Positions 44,301-44,384 of a stretch of DNA of 44,384 nucleotides are shown in pieces. The translations under genes were made by a program, and so were the position numbers. This DNA is from Patescibacteria group bacterium (GTDB lineage: Bacteria; Patescibacteriota; Gracilibacteria; BD1-5; UBA2023), in assembly GCA_036170735.1 (NCBI GenBank), contig JAVHPT010000028.1, forward strand, positions 1-44,384, in the 5' to 3' direction. How positions within the stretch are numbered: the first letter of the stretch is position 1; each line of letters begins with the position of its first letter. Under the pieces are notes generated by a model. The model worked only from the letters and a program-made list of their open reading frames with translations. It was not told the origin of the DNA and did no database searches.

Positions 44301-44384
44301 TGTGCGTGTTCATCAAATTTTTACACTTCGAAATCAACTAACCCCGCAGCAAGCTGTCCCCTCACTCATTCGACTTCACTCAAG

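Overview
This is a 44.4-kb low-GC bacterial window that only makes sense under genetic code 25 (UGA = Gly), as used by Gracilibacteria/Absconditabacteria-type CPR lineages. The supplied standard-code ORF track is therefore fragmented. I joined same-frame fragments across TGA. These TGAs fall on invariant Gly positions, for example DnaJ 'LGV', FtsH Walker A 'GPPGCGKT' and methyltransferase 'FSGSGTT'. All genes then end in TAA or TAG and the map is compact. In order it contains: a J-domain co-chaperone, two small orphans, an MFS transporter, a PriA C-terminal remnant, NrdR, a 1,938-aa thioester-containing alpha-2-macroglobulin, a cluster-less MutY interrupted by two copies of a ~150-nt structured in-frame repeat, a MutH/Sau3AI-like endonuclease plus beta-class methyltransferase (type II R-M), FtsH, a TraB/GumN-like protein and Der/EngA. 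Next comes one uninterrupted 12,093-nt ORF (4,030 aa, about 95 in-frame TGA, no TAA/TAG) encoding a giant surface protein, followed by tRNA-Lys(UUU). After the tRNA lie a large serine recombinase and about 9 kb of mostly orphan genes that look like an integrated element. These include an HTH/terminase-small-subunit-like protein, a Gly-rich protein with a kinase-like C-terminus, and zinc-ribbon/membrane proteins. The window ends with an ECF sigma factor cluster carrying DUF2202-like and DUF2892-like proteins. I saw no rRNA and no CRISPR array. All coordinates come from manual translation, and start codons are less certain than stops.
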